In this document: positions 1 through 8,982 of the stretch, piece after piece | How positions within the stretch are numbered: position 1 is the stretch's first letter | Layout: the number at the start of each line of letters is the position of its first letter | DNA from: Clostridia bacterium | GTDB lineage: Bacteria; Bacillota; Clostridia; Christensenellales; UBA1242 | DNA length: 64,000 bases | Reading direction: 5' to 3' | Assembly: GCA_028709705.1 (NCBI GenBank) | Contig: JAQVWL010000001.1 | Span: forward strand, 96,855-160,854 | Made by a program: the position numbers and the translations under genes | The notes under the pieces: model-generated | The model's database searches: none | The model's input: only the letters and a program-made list of their open reading frames with translations | What the model was told of the DNA's origin: nothing

Positions 1-102
1 TCAAAATTGCGAGAACCCGCCAGCATTATTTGGCATCCTGCTAATTCTGCTTGCATTTTGACATCATATGTGGTAAACAAATTAATAGGAAGGAAAAAAT
101 AA

Positions 103-408
103 ATGGAACAAATAAAATCAGAAGACTTTAAAACAAAAGTATTGCAATCAAAAAAACCAGTTTTGGTTGACTTTTTTGCAACATGGTGCGGACCTTGCCG
201 TATGTTGACTCCAATTTTGGAACAAATAGCAGAAGAAAAAAAGAATGAAGTTGACATTTTCAAAATAGATGTTGATGAATGTGAAGACCTTTCAAGAGAA
301 TTTGGCATTATGAGCATACCAACAATAATGGTTTTCAAAAATGGACAACTTGTAAAAAGAGAAACAGGACTTAGACCAAAGGGTGCAATTTTAGACCTTT
401 TAAAATAA
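103..408 (+). CDS. trxA: thioredoxin
   Basis: 101 aa with the canonical WCGPC active site (FFATWCGPCRM). AGGAAGGA RBS lies upstream of the ATG. Confidence 0.95.
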   Translation: MEQIKSEDFKTKVLQSKKPVLVDFFATWCGPCRMLTPILEQIAEEKKNEVDIFKIDVDECEDLSREFGIMSIPTIMVFKNGQLVKRETGLRPKGAILDLLK

Positions 409-414
409 AAAGCA

Positions 415-470
415 AAAATCGCTATAACTTTTGTTGCTTAATTTGGTTAAGCGATTTTTTATTTTTTTTA
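415..470 (+). terminator. rho-independent terminator after trxA
   Basis: AAAATCGC (415-422) pairs with GCGATTTT (451-458) around a partly paired loop. A long T-run follows. Confidence 0.55.
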
Positions 471-485
471 AAAAAGCAGTCAATA

Positions 486-513
486 TTGACATTTTTAAAT
501 AATGTTGTATAAT
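486..513 (+). promoter_or_regulatory. sigma-A type promoter for nifS-nifU
   Basis: TTGACA (486-491), 16-nt spacer, TATAAT (508-513). It lies inside the longer ORF-track version of nifS, which supports the ATG at 532 as the start. Confidence 0.6.
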
Positions 514-531
514 ACTATCAATGGAGAAATA

Positions 532-1713
532 ATGGAAAAGAGAATTTATTTGGATAATGCCGCAACAACTTATGTATCTGGCGAAGTTTTAAACGAAATG
601 TTGCCTTGTTATAACACAATTTTTGGAAATTCTAGCAGTTTGCATACTTTTGGCAGAGATGCAATGTCTATTGTTGACAGAGCAAAAGATAGAATTGCAA
701 AAGCAATAAATGCAGAAAAACCTTATGAGATATATTTTACAAGTGGTGGAACCGAAGCAAATAATTGGGCGTTAAAAGGTCTTGCGAGGGCGAACAAAGA
801 AAAAGGTAATCACATAATAACAAGTCAAATTGAACACGACAGCGTTCTTGAAAGTTGCAAAACTTTGGAAAAAGAAGGTTTTGAAATAACCTATCTTCCG
901 GTTGACAGCAAAGGTCTTGTTAGCATAACTGATCTTATTCATTATATCAAAAAAGAAACAATTTTGGTTTCTATTATGGCAGTTAACAATGAATTGGGTA
1001 CAATTCAAAACATAAAAACAATTTCAAATATTGTTCACGAAAACAACATTATTTTTCATACCGATGCTGTTCAAGCAATGGGTGCATTAAATATTGATGT
1101 TCAAGATATGGAAATAGATGCAATGTCAATGAGTGCCCACAAAATATATGGGCCCAAAGGTATTGGTGCCTTGTATGTCAAAAATGGTATAAAAATTGAA
1201 AGTCTTATTGATGGCGGAAATCAAGAACGAGGCAAGCGTGGTGGAACAACAAATGTGCCAGCGATTGCAGGTTTTGGGAAAGCAATGGAAATTGCAACAA
1301 GGGATTTGGTTATCAACCAGCAAAAATTAAAAGCAATAAGAAATTATTTTTTGGATAAAGTTTTTGAAAAAATACCTTTTGTTCAACTAAACGGTCACCC
1401 ACAACAAAAAATACAAGGAACGGTAAATCTTAGTTTTGAATTGATAGAAGGCGAGTCAATATTAATGCTTTTAGATTTGGCAGGCATTGCAGTTTCAACA
1501 GGTTCTGCTTGCACATCAGGGTCAACAAAACCATCTCACGTTTTAAAAGCAATTGGATTAAGTGATGAATTTGCACAAGGGTCAATAAGATTTTCTTTTG
1601 GCAAATCCATATCAAAAGAAGAAGTAGATTATGTTATAGAAAAACTTGTGGAAGTAGTTTCAAAACTAAGAGAAATTTCTCCGTTGACAAAGGCGGGCAG
1701 AGCAAAAAAATAA
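532..1713 (+). CDS. nifS: cysteine desulfurase (NifS/IscS type, PLP-dependent)
   Basis: RIYLDNAATT N-terminus, SAHKIYGPKG PLP-lysine motif and GSACTSG catalytic Cys loop. GGAG precedes ATG 532. Followed by a nifU/iscU scaffold gene. Confidence 0.9.
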   Translation: MEKRIYLDNAATTYVSGEVLNEMLPCYNTIFGNSSSLHTFGRDAMSIVDRAKDRIAKAINAEKPYEIYFTSGGTEANNWALKGLARANKEKGNHIITSQIEHDSVLESCKTLEKEGFEITYLPVDSKGLVSITDLIHYIKKETILVSIMAVNNELGTIQNIKTISNIVHENNIIFHTDAVQAMGALNIDVQDMEIDAMSMSAHKIYGPKGIGALYVKNGIKIESLIDGGNQERGKRGGTTNVPAIAGFGKAMEIATRDLVINQQKLKAIRNYFLDKVFEKIPFVQLNGHPQQKIQGTVNLSFELIEGESILMLLDLAGIAVSTGSACTSGSTKPSHVLKAIGLSDEFAQGSIRFSFGKSISKEEVDYVIEKLVEVVSKLREISPLTKAGRAKK

Positions 1714-1724
1714 GGAGGGCAATT

Positions 1725-2096
1725 ATGTACAATGAAAAAGTTTTAAAAAATTTTGCAAATCCACACAATGCTGGGGGGTTGCACAAAGCGAATGCGGTAG
1801 GAAAAATTGGCAATGTTTTGAAAGGTGATATTGTAAAATTTTATTTCAAAATTAATGACGAAACAAAAATAATTGAAGAAGCCCGCTTTAAAACTTTTGG
1901 TTGTACTGCCGCTATTGCTTGCAGTAATATTGCTTGTGATATGGTCAAAGGAAAAACAATTGAAGAAGCCTTACTGGTTTCAAATGGCGACATAATAAAA
2001 GCCCTCGGCGGATTGCCAATGGATAAAATATATTGCGTTACTTCTGTTGAAGGTGCGATAAAAGAAACAGTAAATAATTATAAAAAGAATGAATAA
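1725..2096 (+). CDS. nifU: Fe-S cluster assembly scaffold (NifU/IscU N-terminal type)
   Basis: 123 aa with FKTFGCTAAIACS and other conserved Cys positions. AGGAGG RBS. Sits immediately downstream of nifS. Confidence 0.9.
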   Translation: MYNEKVLKNFANPHNAGGLHKANAVGKIGNVLKGDIVKFYFKINDETKIIEEARFKTFGCTAAIACSNIACDMVKGKTIEEALLVSNGDIIKALGGLPMDKIYCVTSVEGAIKETVNNYKKNE

Positions 2097-2107
2097 ATAT
2101 ACAAAAT

Positions 2108-2142
2108 AAAAAGTAATTAATAAAATTACTTTTTATTTTTTT
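2108..2142. terminator. weak AT-rich hairpin terminator after nifU
   Basis: AAAAGTAAT (2109-2117) pairs with ATTACTTTT (2125-2133), then a T-run. The stem is almost entirely A/T. Confidence 0.4.
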
Positions 2143-2318
2143 AATAAAATATTTTTATTTAAAATCAAAAAAATAAATAATAATTAATTAAAATAATTAT
2201 TTTTTAATTAAAAATAATAAAAAATTAATTAATTTTTGATTAAATAATTATTATTAAATATATAAAATAAAAAACAAATAAAAATAATATATTTGTTTTT
2301 TTATATTTATACATTGTT

Positions 2319-3827
2319 TTAATTTTTTTGATTATAAATTACTATGTTTTCATTTTGTTCAAGTGGTAAAACAACTGATGGATTTTGTGCCAAAATTATG
2401 TTAGGTTGAATTTTTAATTCTTTTGAAATATCCCAAATATTGTCTCCCGTTTTTCCAAAATATATTTCAATGGCGTGTTCCTTTGGAGCAAGTTGTTCAC
2501 CCAAAACAACATCGGTAATAACTGCATCGCTAACTTGGTTAGAGCAAGTTACAAATGTTTTTAGTTTTGCATCAACAAACAATTCACGCCCTCTTCTTGA
2601 AACAATTTCCATATCACACAATTTTGATTGGCAATAAATTTGATTTGTATCTGTGTATGGACATTTTTCAAAAACTGAATATGGTATTTCTTTTTTGATT
2701 GTTGTGATATAACCTAGTTCATCATTTAGATATGCAACATCAAAACTGATGATACCTTCCAAAAACAATTCATTGTCTTTTACAAATTGATTTGTTGGTT
2801 TTAAAACGCCATTGGAAAAACCTATCATTTTGTCAATTCTGGGTTCATTGTCTGAAAGGGTGGTGCTACCTTCAATTTTTTTGTCAAAATAATTACTTTC
2901 CAAAAGCAAAGATTTGCTATAAGAATTTGTTACAATTTCCAAATTGTTTTTCAACGAAAATATATCCACGGCATAAGGCATAACAATGTTTTCAAATGCT
3001 TTAAAGCAAACATTCAATGGTGCGTTAATTTCCACCTTTTTTGTTTCTGGGTCTATTTCAAACTTATAACCATCTCGTTTTATGCAAACAAATGCTTCAA
3101 CTTGTGAATTTTCGGTCAGTCCTTTTACTTCTATTTCTCTTCTAAAAGGTTCAGAAAAACTCGCTTTGTTAACTTTTTCTATTTCATCAGCCGTTACATA
3201 TTGCACTACTGTATTTACTTCGCCTTGAATTGTAAAAAAGTCTTTGTCGGGGATAATTTCTTTTACAACGGGATAAGATGAAACACTTAAAATTCTGCTA
3301 TATTTTTCATTGATTGTATAACTTAATTCTTCATTAAAAGTTATGCAATCATCTTTTATGATATTATAAGACATTATTTCTTCTTCTTTTATGCAAATAT
3401 TTTCATCGCCACCGTTTAAAATTTCTATTTCGGAACAATTATACAAATTTGCTTCCAAGTTGATTAGTGCTTGAATTTTGTCAAAGTTTTCAACATAATT
3501 TGCTTCAACAACCGTTGGAATTATATTGATTTTTGAAGTGGGAAGTATGTTTTCATTTATAAATTTGTTTAAAAAAGGCACAGTATTTTCTGCGGTTTTT
3601 ATCTTGTTTTCACTATCCAAATAAACAACTTCAAAAATCGCTTTGCCCGAATAACTAACTTCCTTTGTAAGTGGTTCAGTAGTATCTATTTGCGGATAAA
3701 CATTTATCCAAAGTATTTTAGACAATTCCCCATTATTATCTAAATTTGTTGCACAATCTAACAGAATTTGTTCATCTTTTAGTTTGTTTTTGTTAATAAA
3801 ATTGCACTTACTTTTTTCAAATGACAT
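2319..3827 (-). CDS. DUF3794/SPOCS-like sporulation-associated protein (tentative)
   Basis: 502-aa uninterrupted ORF with a GGAGGGG RBS. Repeated beta-rich modules and a divergent position next to veg, as seen for DUF3794 proteins of spore formers. Family call is from memory only. Confidence 0.45.
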   Translation of the reverse strand: MSFEKSKCNFINKNKLKDEQILLDCATNLDNNGELSKILWINVYPQIDTTEPLTKEVSYSGKAIFEVVYLDSENKIKTAENTVPFLNKFINENILPTSKINIIPTVVEANYVENFDKIQALINLEANLYNCSEIEILNGGDENICIKEEEIMSYNIIKDDCITFNEELSYTINEKYSRILSVSSYPVVKEIIPDKDFFTIQGEVNTVVQYVTADEIEKVNKASFSEPFRREIEVKGLTENSQVEAFVCIKRDGYKFEIDPETKKVEINAPLNVCFKAFENIVMPYAVDIFSLKNNLEIVTNSYSKSLLLESNYFDKKIEGSTTLSDNEPRIDKMIGFSNGVLKPTNQFVKDNELFLEGIISFDVAYLNDELGYITTIKKEIPYSVFEKCPYTDTNQIYCQSKLCDMEIVSRRGRELFVDAKLKTFVTCSNQVSDAVITDVVLGEQLAPKEHAIEIYFGKTGDNIWDISKELKIQPNIILAQNPSVVLPLEQNENIVIYNQKN

Positions 3828-3926
3828 AAATACCCCTCCAAATTGGTTCTTTATATGATATTATTCGCTTTTTAATTTTATGACTAATAAAATAAAACAG
3901 TGTCAATAATCATAAGCGGGGGTATT

Positions 3927-4166
3927 ATGAAAAAAAATATTTCAGCACTTGAAGATGTAAAAAAAAGAATAACAGAACTTAAAGGTAGTTCTGTTAAAAT
4001 GGAAATAAATAGGGGAAGGAACAAAATAATAAAATTTGATGGCGTTATTGTAAATGTTTATCCAAGCGTTTTTATGGTTGAAGCGTTAGCACAAAAAAAT
4101 TTCAGTTCCAAAACTTTTTCTTATTTTGATGTGCTTTGCGGTGATGTTAAAATAACTTTGGTCTAA
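3927..4166 (+). CDS. veg: Veg (biofilm formation stimulator) family protein
   Basis: 79 aa from ATG 3927 (GGGGG RBS). The ...INRGRNKIIKFDGVIVNVYPSVFMVE...SYFDVL... pattern matches Veg. Confidence 0.8.
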   Translation: MKKNISALEDVKKRITELKGSSVKMEINRGRNKIIKFDGVIVNVYPSVFMVEALAQKNFSSKTFSYFDVLCGDVKITLV

Positions 4167-4672
4167 TAATCTTCGTCTTCGTCGTCTTCATCATCAAAAG
4201 ATTGGTCAAAGTCGTCTTCTTCTTCTAAATCATCTTGTTCAGTGTCTTCATTGTCGTCCATATCTTCGTCAATGTCTTCATCAAGGTCAAAAGTCAAATC
4301 TTCATCTTCCAAATCATTGTCTAACACATCATCATCAATGTCGGTTATGCTTGCCATTTCGCCGGTTTCTTCGTCTTCAAAGGTATAATCATCAACTTCA
4401 TCTCTGTTGATGTATTCATTCCATTCATCTTCCAATTCTTCGTTATCGGCTAATGCTTTTCTTTCATTAAGACAAGTAGAACACATAATTTCATCAGGTT
4501 GGATATAGTTGGTTTTGCAAATTGGGCAAAGTTCCAATTCCAAATCATCAAGAAGGGCTTCTTTATCGCCATTCATTTCTGCTCTGCAAACAGAGCAATA
4601 TTTATCTTTTTTTAAACAATAATTTAGTTCGCATCTAGGGCATCTAATATAAACAGGTTTTTTATCAGCCAT
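4163..4672 (-). CDS. double zinc-ribbon protein with polyacidic C-terminal tail
   Basis: GGAGG RBS before ATG 4672. Two CxxC...CxxC pairs (CPRC..CSVC and CPIC..CSTC), followed by about 90 aa that are mostly D/E. Its stop overlaps the veg stop by 4 nt (convergent). Confidence 0.6.
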   Translation of the reverse strand: MADKKPVYIRCPRCELNYCLKKDKYCSVCRAEMNGDKEALLDDLELELCPICKTNYIQPDEIMCSTCLNERKALADNEELEDEWNEYINRDEVDDYTFEDEETGEMASITDIDDDVLDNDLEDEDLTFDLDEDIDEDMDDNEDTEQDDLEEEDDFDQSFDDEDDEDEDY

Positions 4673-4727
4673 TTTTCCTCCAAAAAAATTATGTGGCATT
4701 TTTGTATATTGTTGTTAAATTTTTATT

Positions 4728-6095
4728 TTATTCGTCCTCATCGGCGGGTTGGTCAGTTGTTTGCAATTGCCCCAACAGTTGCACACTGCAAGATTGACCA
4801 AGTTCTGCATTATTTGTGTCGGCTCGGTGCATATAATACATTCCGGTTGTGTTGTCGGTATTTAGTGCATAAAAGTAAACATAACGCCCATCAAATGATA
4901 TTTTTGTTTCCAAAAAGTTTGTGTTGTCAGAAATTTGTTGTTCTATTTTATCAAGTATTGAAATCCTATAAATACCTGTGCTAGCAACTGAATAATATAC
5001 ATAATCTCCGCTTGTGAACAAAATGGTGCTTGCTTTGTTTATCAAATCGAAACTACTATCAATTGAAGTGTTTCCACTTTGCAAACAAAACGTTTTTGAA
5101 GCAGTCGAATATAAATAATATGTTGTAATCTCTTCTGTTGTGCTACTTATTTGGTTGAGTACATTAAAACTTGTTATTTCAATGTTGTCAACAGGAGGAG
5201 ATATTGCTATTCTTGTTGAAAAGGTTCCTGTTTCATATTTAAAATAATAATTTTTTGAGTCGCTTTCATTCATTTTGAAGTAAAGTTTTCCATCAAATAC
5301 TGATTGCAAGGTAATTGTTTTGTCATTTTGACCAGGTTCATTTATTTGAGTTTGTTCACCAGTAACAATGTCAACTTTTTTCAAATATGTTCCCGTAACG
5401 GTTTCGCCTTGTTTGGTTTGAACTGTGTAATAAGCAAACTTGTCATTTTCTGTATTAAAAGTTTTTGCAAAAATTGCTGATGCAAAATCGCTTGCCAAAA
5501 TTGTTTTTGCTTCAATATTTTCGCCCAATTTGAATTTTATCAAATTTGTGCCATCAACCATAATCAAATAATAATCGTTCCCAATTTTTAGGATAGTTTG
5601 ATTTGTGATGCTAGTGCTTGAAGTGTAAAATTCTTTTAGTCCCGTTCCATCAGTTTTGACTCTAAAATAACTGTTAAGGGTAAAAGTGTCGTTAGAGTTA
5701 ATATCTTTGTGAGTGCTTGGAGAAGCAAAGTATATATATTCGCCAATACTGTAAATAAAACTATTGTTTGACCCAACAACTTTTGATAGCACTTTTTCAA
5801 CATTTTCGGGCAAGTTTGTTTCAGTGTTGTAAGTTATTGCACCTTTTGTTGTTTTTACTCTATAAAGTGATTCAATTCCAACATTTCCTGTGTTGTTTTG
5901 AGTCCCTGACAAAGTTGCACTATCTTTATAAGCATTTGCAAAATAAATGTATTCATCATACACCAAAGTATTGCCTATTACTTGCATATTGCTAGTGGTT
6001 GTGGGGGAGTTTGTAAGTTGAGAATATCCACAACTGCTCAGCACCATAACGCAAGTTATTAGGCACACCAAAAATCCCATAACATATTTTTTCAT
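4728..6095 (-). CDS. lipoprotein, DUF5050-like beta-propeller (tentative)
   Basis: Signal peptide with a lipobox (VLSSCGY). Recurrent YIYF/YVYF/YYL-type blades. GAGG RBS. Confidence 0.55.
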   Translation of the reverse strand: MKKYVMGFLVCLITCVMVLSSCGYSQLTNSPTTTSNMQVIGNTLVYDEYIYFANAYKDSATLSGTQNNTGNVGIESLYRVKTTKGAITYNTETNLPENVEKVLSKVVGSNNSFIYSIGEYIYFASPSTHKDINSNDTFTLNSYFRVKTDGTGLKEFYTSSTSITNQTILKIGNDYYLIMVDGTNLIKFKLGENIEAKTILASDFASAIFAKTFNTENDKFAYYTVQTKQGETVTGTYLKKVDIVTGEQTQINEPGQNDKTITLQSVFDGKLYFKMNESDSKNYYFKYETGTFSTRIAISPPVDNIEITSFNVLNQISSTTEEITTYYLYSTASKTFCLQSGNTSIDSSFDLINKASTILFTSGDYVYYSVASTGIYRISILDKIEQQISDNTNFLETKISFDGRYVYFYALNTDNTTGMYYMHRADTNNAELGQSCSVQLLGQLQTTDQPADEDE

Positions 6096-6198
6096 ATAAA
6101 ACCTCGTTTGTAATGACTTTATAATAATTCATTAAGTATATTTATTTAAACTCCCATAATATATCATTAACAAATATTTATGTCAACTAATTTTTTGT

Positions 6199-6720
6199 CT
6201 AAAAAACAATTCCAAAACTTTTGATTATTTCAATTATTCGGCTTTTGAAAATGCTAACATTCGTGCTTCCGTTTACAAAACACAAAGGTGGATAAACAAC
6301 ACACCACCAATTATCGCCAACTGCTTCTCCAAGTTCCAAAATCAACGCATCATAAAAACCGCTTTCAAGAGTAAGATTTCCATAAGTTCTGGTTGGAAAG
6401 TTTTCATAACTCATTTTTGCATTGCAAGTGTAATTATAATTGTTCAAAATCAACACATTGTTTGCAACATTTTCTATATATTGCAAATTGTTTTCAATTA
6501 TTTGATAAGACTTTTCTTTTGTTTCACATTCGGCAAGAAAAGGTATCATTGCATCAACAACAGCATCTTTTATTTGATATTTTATGTTTTGGTCAACTGT
6601 TTGATTTGAATTTGCACGAATATGTATTCTCAAATATTCGTTGTTTGAATCGTTTGTGCCAAAAAAAACCAAAAAAAATGTTAAAACAGCAATAGATAAA
6701 ACAGAAATAAAAATTCTCAT
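6199..6720 (-). CDS. spoIIR: stage II sporulation protein R
   Basis: N-terminal TM segment followed by LRIHIRANSN...DQNIKYQIKDAVV, characteristic of SpoIIR. C-terminal WWCVVYPPLCF motif. Confidence 0.8.
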   Translation of the reverse strand: MRIFISVLSIAVLTFFLVFFGTNDSNNEYLRIHIRANSNQTVDQNIKYQIKDAVVDAMIPFLAECETKEKSYQIIENNLQYIENVANNVLILNNYNYTCNAKMSYENFPTRTYGNLTLESGFYDALILELGEAVGDNWWCVVYPPLCFVNGSTNVSIFKSRIIEIIKSFGIVF

Positions 6721-6741
6721 AAATAAAACTCCAATGCAACT

Positions 6742-6770
6742 AATTGTTAACGAATTTGAAACTTTTAAGC
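6742..6770 (-). promoter_or_regulatory. candidate forespore (sigma-F-like) promoter of spoIIR
   Basis: On the minus strand, GCTTA followed 14 nt later by GTTAACAATT. This resembles GCATA / GGnRAYAMTW as I remember the consensus. spoIIR is sigma-F dependent in Bacillus. Confidence 0.3.
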
Positions 6771-6792
6771 AAAAACTACAAGTCTTTTTTTA

Positions 6793-6822
6793 GAATAATT
6801 TTGTAAAAAATAAAACATAATA
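6793..6822 (+). promoter_or_regulatory. candidate forespore (sigma-G-like) promoter of sleB-ypeB
   Basis: GAATA (6793-6797), 18-nt spacer, CATAATA (6816-6822). This matches GHATR-N17/18-CATnnTA. sleB-ypeB is sigma-G dependent in Bacillus. Confidence 0.45.
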
Positions 6823-6841
6823 TCAAAATAAGGGGGAAATT

Positions 6842-7510
6842 ATGAAAAAAAACAAAATAATTGCATTAATTTTGGCTGGTTTCACTATTATTATGTTGAT
6901 TTTTTCGTTTTCGGTAATTGCTGAAAATACTTTTAGAAACAACGAAACAGTTGAAACTTTTACCCTTTCCGAAAACAAAGCAATTCAAAGCAGATTAAAA
7001 GATTTGGGTTATTACACAGGACCAATTGATGGTTATCTTGGCGGTTACACAATACCCGCAGTAAAGGCGTTTCAACGAGATTATGGGTTAACGGTTGATG
7101 GCATTGTTGGACCAATGACTTTAAAATCTTTGAAAATAAATGTTGGAAGTTCGCAAAGTAGTTCTGATTTATATTTGCTTGCAAAAGCGGTATATGCAGA
7201 AGCAAGGGGCGAACCATATGTGGGACAAGTTGCAGTTGCCGCTGTTATTTTAAATAGAGTAGAAAGCCCTGATTTTCCGAACACAATAAGCGGTGTTGTG
7301 TATCAACCTTGGGCGTTTACAGCGGTTTATGATGGTCAAATAAGTTTGGAGCCAAACAACACTGCATACCAAGCAGCGCAAGATGCTTTGAATGGTTGGG
7401 ACCCAACTTACGGTTGTTTGTATTATTACAATCCAATAACGGCAACAAGCAAATGGGTATTTCAAAGGCAAACTGTAGTAGAAATAGGCGAACATGTGTT
7501 TGCAATATAG
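6842..7510 (+). CDS. sleB: spore cortex-lytic enzyme SleB
   Basis: Signal/TM segment, PG-binding repeat (LKDLGYYTGPIDGYLG...AVKAFQRDYGLTVDGIVG) and cell-wall hydrolase domain (AVYAEARGEPYVGQVAVAAVILNRV). Followed by ypeB. Confidence 0.85.
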   Translation: MKKNKIIALILAGFTIIMLIFSFSVIAENTFRNNETVETFTLSENKAIQSRLKDLGYYTGPIDGYLGGYTIPAVKAFQRDYGLTVDGIVGPMTLKSLKINVGSSQSSSDLYLLAKAVYAEARGEPYVGQVAVAAVILNRVESPDFPNTISGVVYQPWAFTAVYDGQISLEPNNTAYQAAQDALNGWDPTYGCLYYYNPITATSKWVFQRQTVVEIGEHVFAI

Positions 7511-7519
7511 GGGGTAAAA

Positions 7520-8893
7520 ATGGCAAAGGTTAAAACAGTGCGAACAAAAACAAGAATAAGTGTTGGTTCGGTTGTTGCAATATGTATTTTGGGTGGACTT
7601 TTTTTGGTTGTTTCAATTTTGTATGCAATCACATTGCAAACAGCAAACAATTATGCTTTGTCACTTGAAAATTTATATGAAAAAAATTTTTATGATTTGG
7701 TTGATAACATAAACAACACAGAAACAAAACTTGCAAAAACATTATCGGCAAATGACAAAAATTATCAAGCAAAATTGTTGCTTGAAGTTGCAAAAAATGC
7801 TTATTTGGCACAAGAAAACCTAAACAATTTGCCATATTCACTTAATGGAATTGATGAAAGTGTTGCATTTGTCAATCAAGTTAGTGGTTATAGCGAAACT
7901 TTGCACAAAAGTTTGAATAATGGGAAAGAACTTTCAGCGACCGAATTGAAAACGCTAGAAAATATTTATGATTCTGTTTTGGCAATGAAAGGTTCCTTAA
8001 ACGATATGAGCAAAGACCTTTGGGGTGGTTACAATATTTTAAATGCTTCATCAAAATTGATAGATGAAAAACAAAGCAACAATTTTACAAAACAAATATC
8101 TGCTTTAAAAAGCAATAATGTTGATTATCCTACAATGATTTATGATGGTCCGTTTTCAGATTCGATGGTAAAAAAAGCGGTTAAAGGTCTAAATGAAAAT
8201 GTTGTTGATGAAAACACAGCAAAAGCAAATCTTTTAAAAATATTTAGCGAATACACTGATGATATGGTAGAGTTTAAAAACGAAGGAAAAGGAAATTTTG
8301 AAACCTATAATTTTTCAGTAAATTCAACTGACAAAAAAGACATTGCTTATATTCAAATGACAAAACAAGGCGGAAAACTGCTAACAAGTTCTTCTTATAA
8401 TGATAAAAAAGCCGAAACATTAACGCTAGAAAATGCCAAAGCGGTTGCGCTTGACTTTGCAAAAAGAAACCAATTTGACAATATTCAAGTTGTTTGGGCG
8501 GATATTGTGGGTGGCAATGCGTTTGTTAACCTTGCCCCTGTTGAAAATAATGTAATTTTGTATCCTGATTTAATAAAATTAAAAATTGACCTTTCAAACG
8601 GAGCAGTCTTGGGTTATGAAGCGACAAGTTATTACACAAATCACACAAACAGAACGCTTGGAGTTCCAATCATAAACAAATCCAACGCGAAAGCAAAAGT
8701 AAACAAAAAGTTTGCAATTGTGGAAGAAAATTTGGCACTAATACCTTTGGAATATAACCAAGAAAAATTGTGTTATGAATTTGTTTGCAAATTTGGTGGC
8801 GATGATTATTATGTTTATATCAACGCAGTTACTGGTGTTGAAGAAAATATTTTAAAAGTTATAAAAACCAATAATGGAAATTTGTTAATGTAA
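7520..8893 (+). CDS. ypeB: germination protein YpeB
   Basis: N-terminal TM segment, YpeB-type central region and C-terminal PepSY-like repeats. Sits 9 nt after sleB with a GGGGG RBS. Confidence 0.8.
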   Translation: MAKVKTVRTKTRISVGSVVAICILGGLFLVVSILYAITLQTANNYALSLENLYEKNFYDLVDNINNTETKLAKTLSANDKNYQAKLLLEVAKNAYLAQENLNNLPYSLNGIDESVAFVNQVSGYSETLHKSLNNGKELSATELKTLENIYDSVLAMKGSLNDMSKDLWGGYNILNASSKLIDEKQSNNFTKQISALKSNNVDYPTMIYDGPFSDSMVKKAVKGLNENVVDENTAKANLLKIFSEYTDDMVEFKNEGKGNFETYNFSVNSTDKKDIAYIQMTKQGGKLLTSSSYNDKKAETLTLENAKAVALDFAKRNQFDNIQVVWADIVGGNAFVNLAPVENNVILYPDLIKLKIDLSNGAVLGYEATSYYTNHTNRTLGVPIINKSNAKAKVNKKFAIVEENLALIPLEYNQEKLCYEFVCKFGGDDYYVYINAVTGVEENILKVIKTNNGNLLM

Positions 8894-8982
8894 TTTTGAA
8901 TATTTTAAAATAATTTTATACAAAACGCTTGCCAACTATAAAAAAGTATGCTACTATTTGTCGAAAAAAATATGGAGGCAAA

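Noticed and set aside
2097-2318. Replication origin, on the basis of the extreme AT richness.
   Set aside because: There are no DnaA-box matches (TTATCCACA or close variants) in or near the tract and no dnaA/dnaN context. It lies between two convergent gene ends, where terminators are expected.
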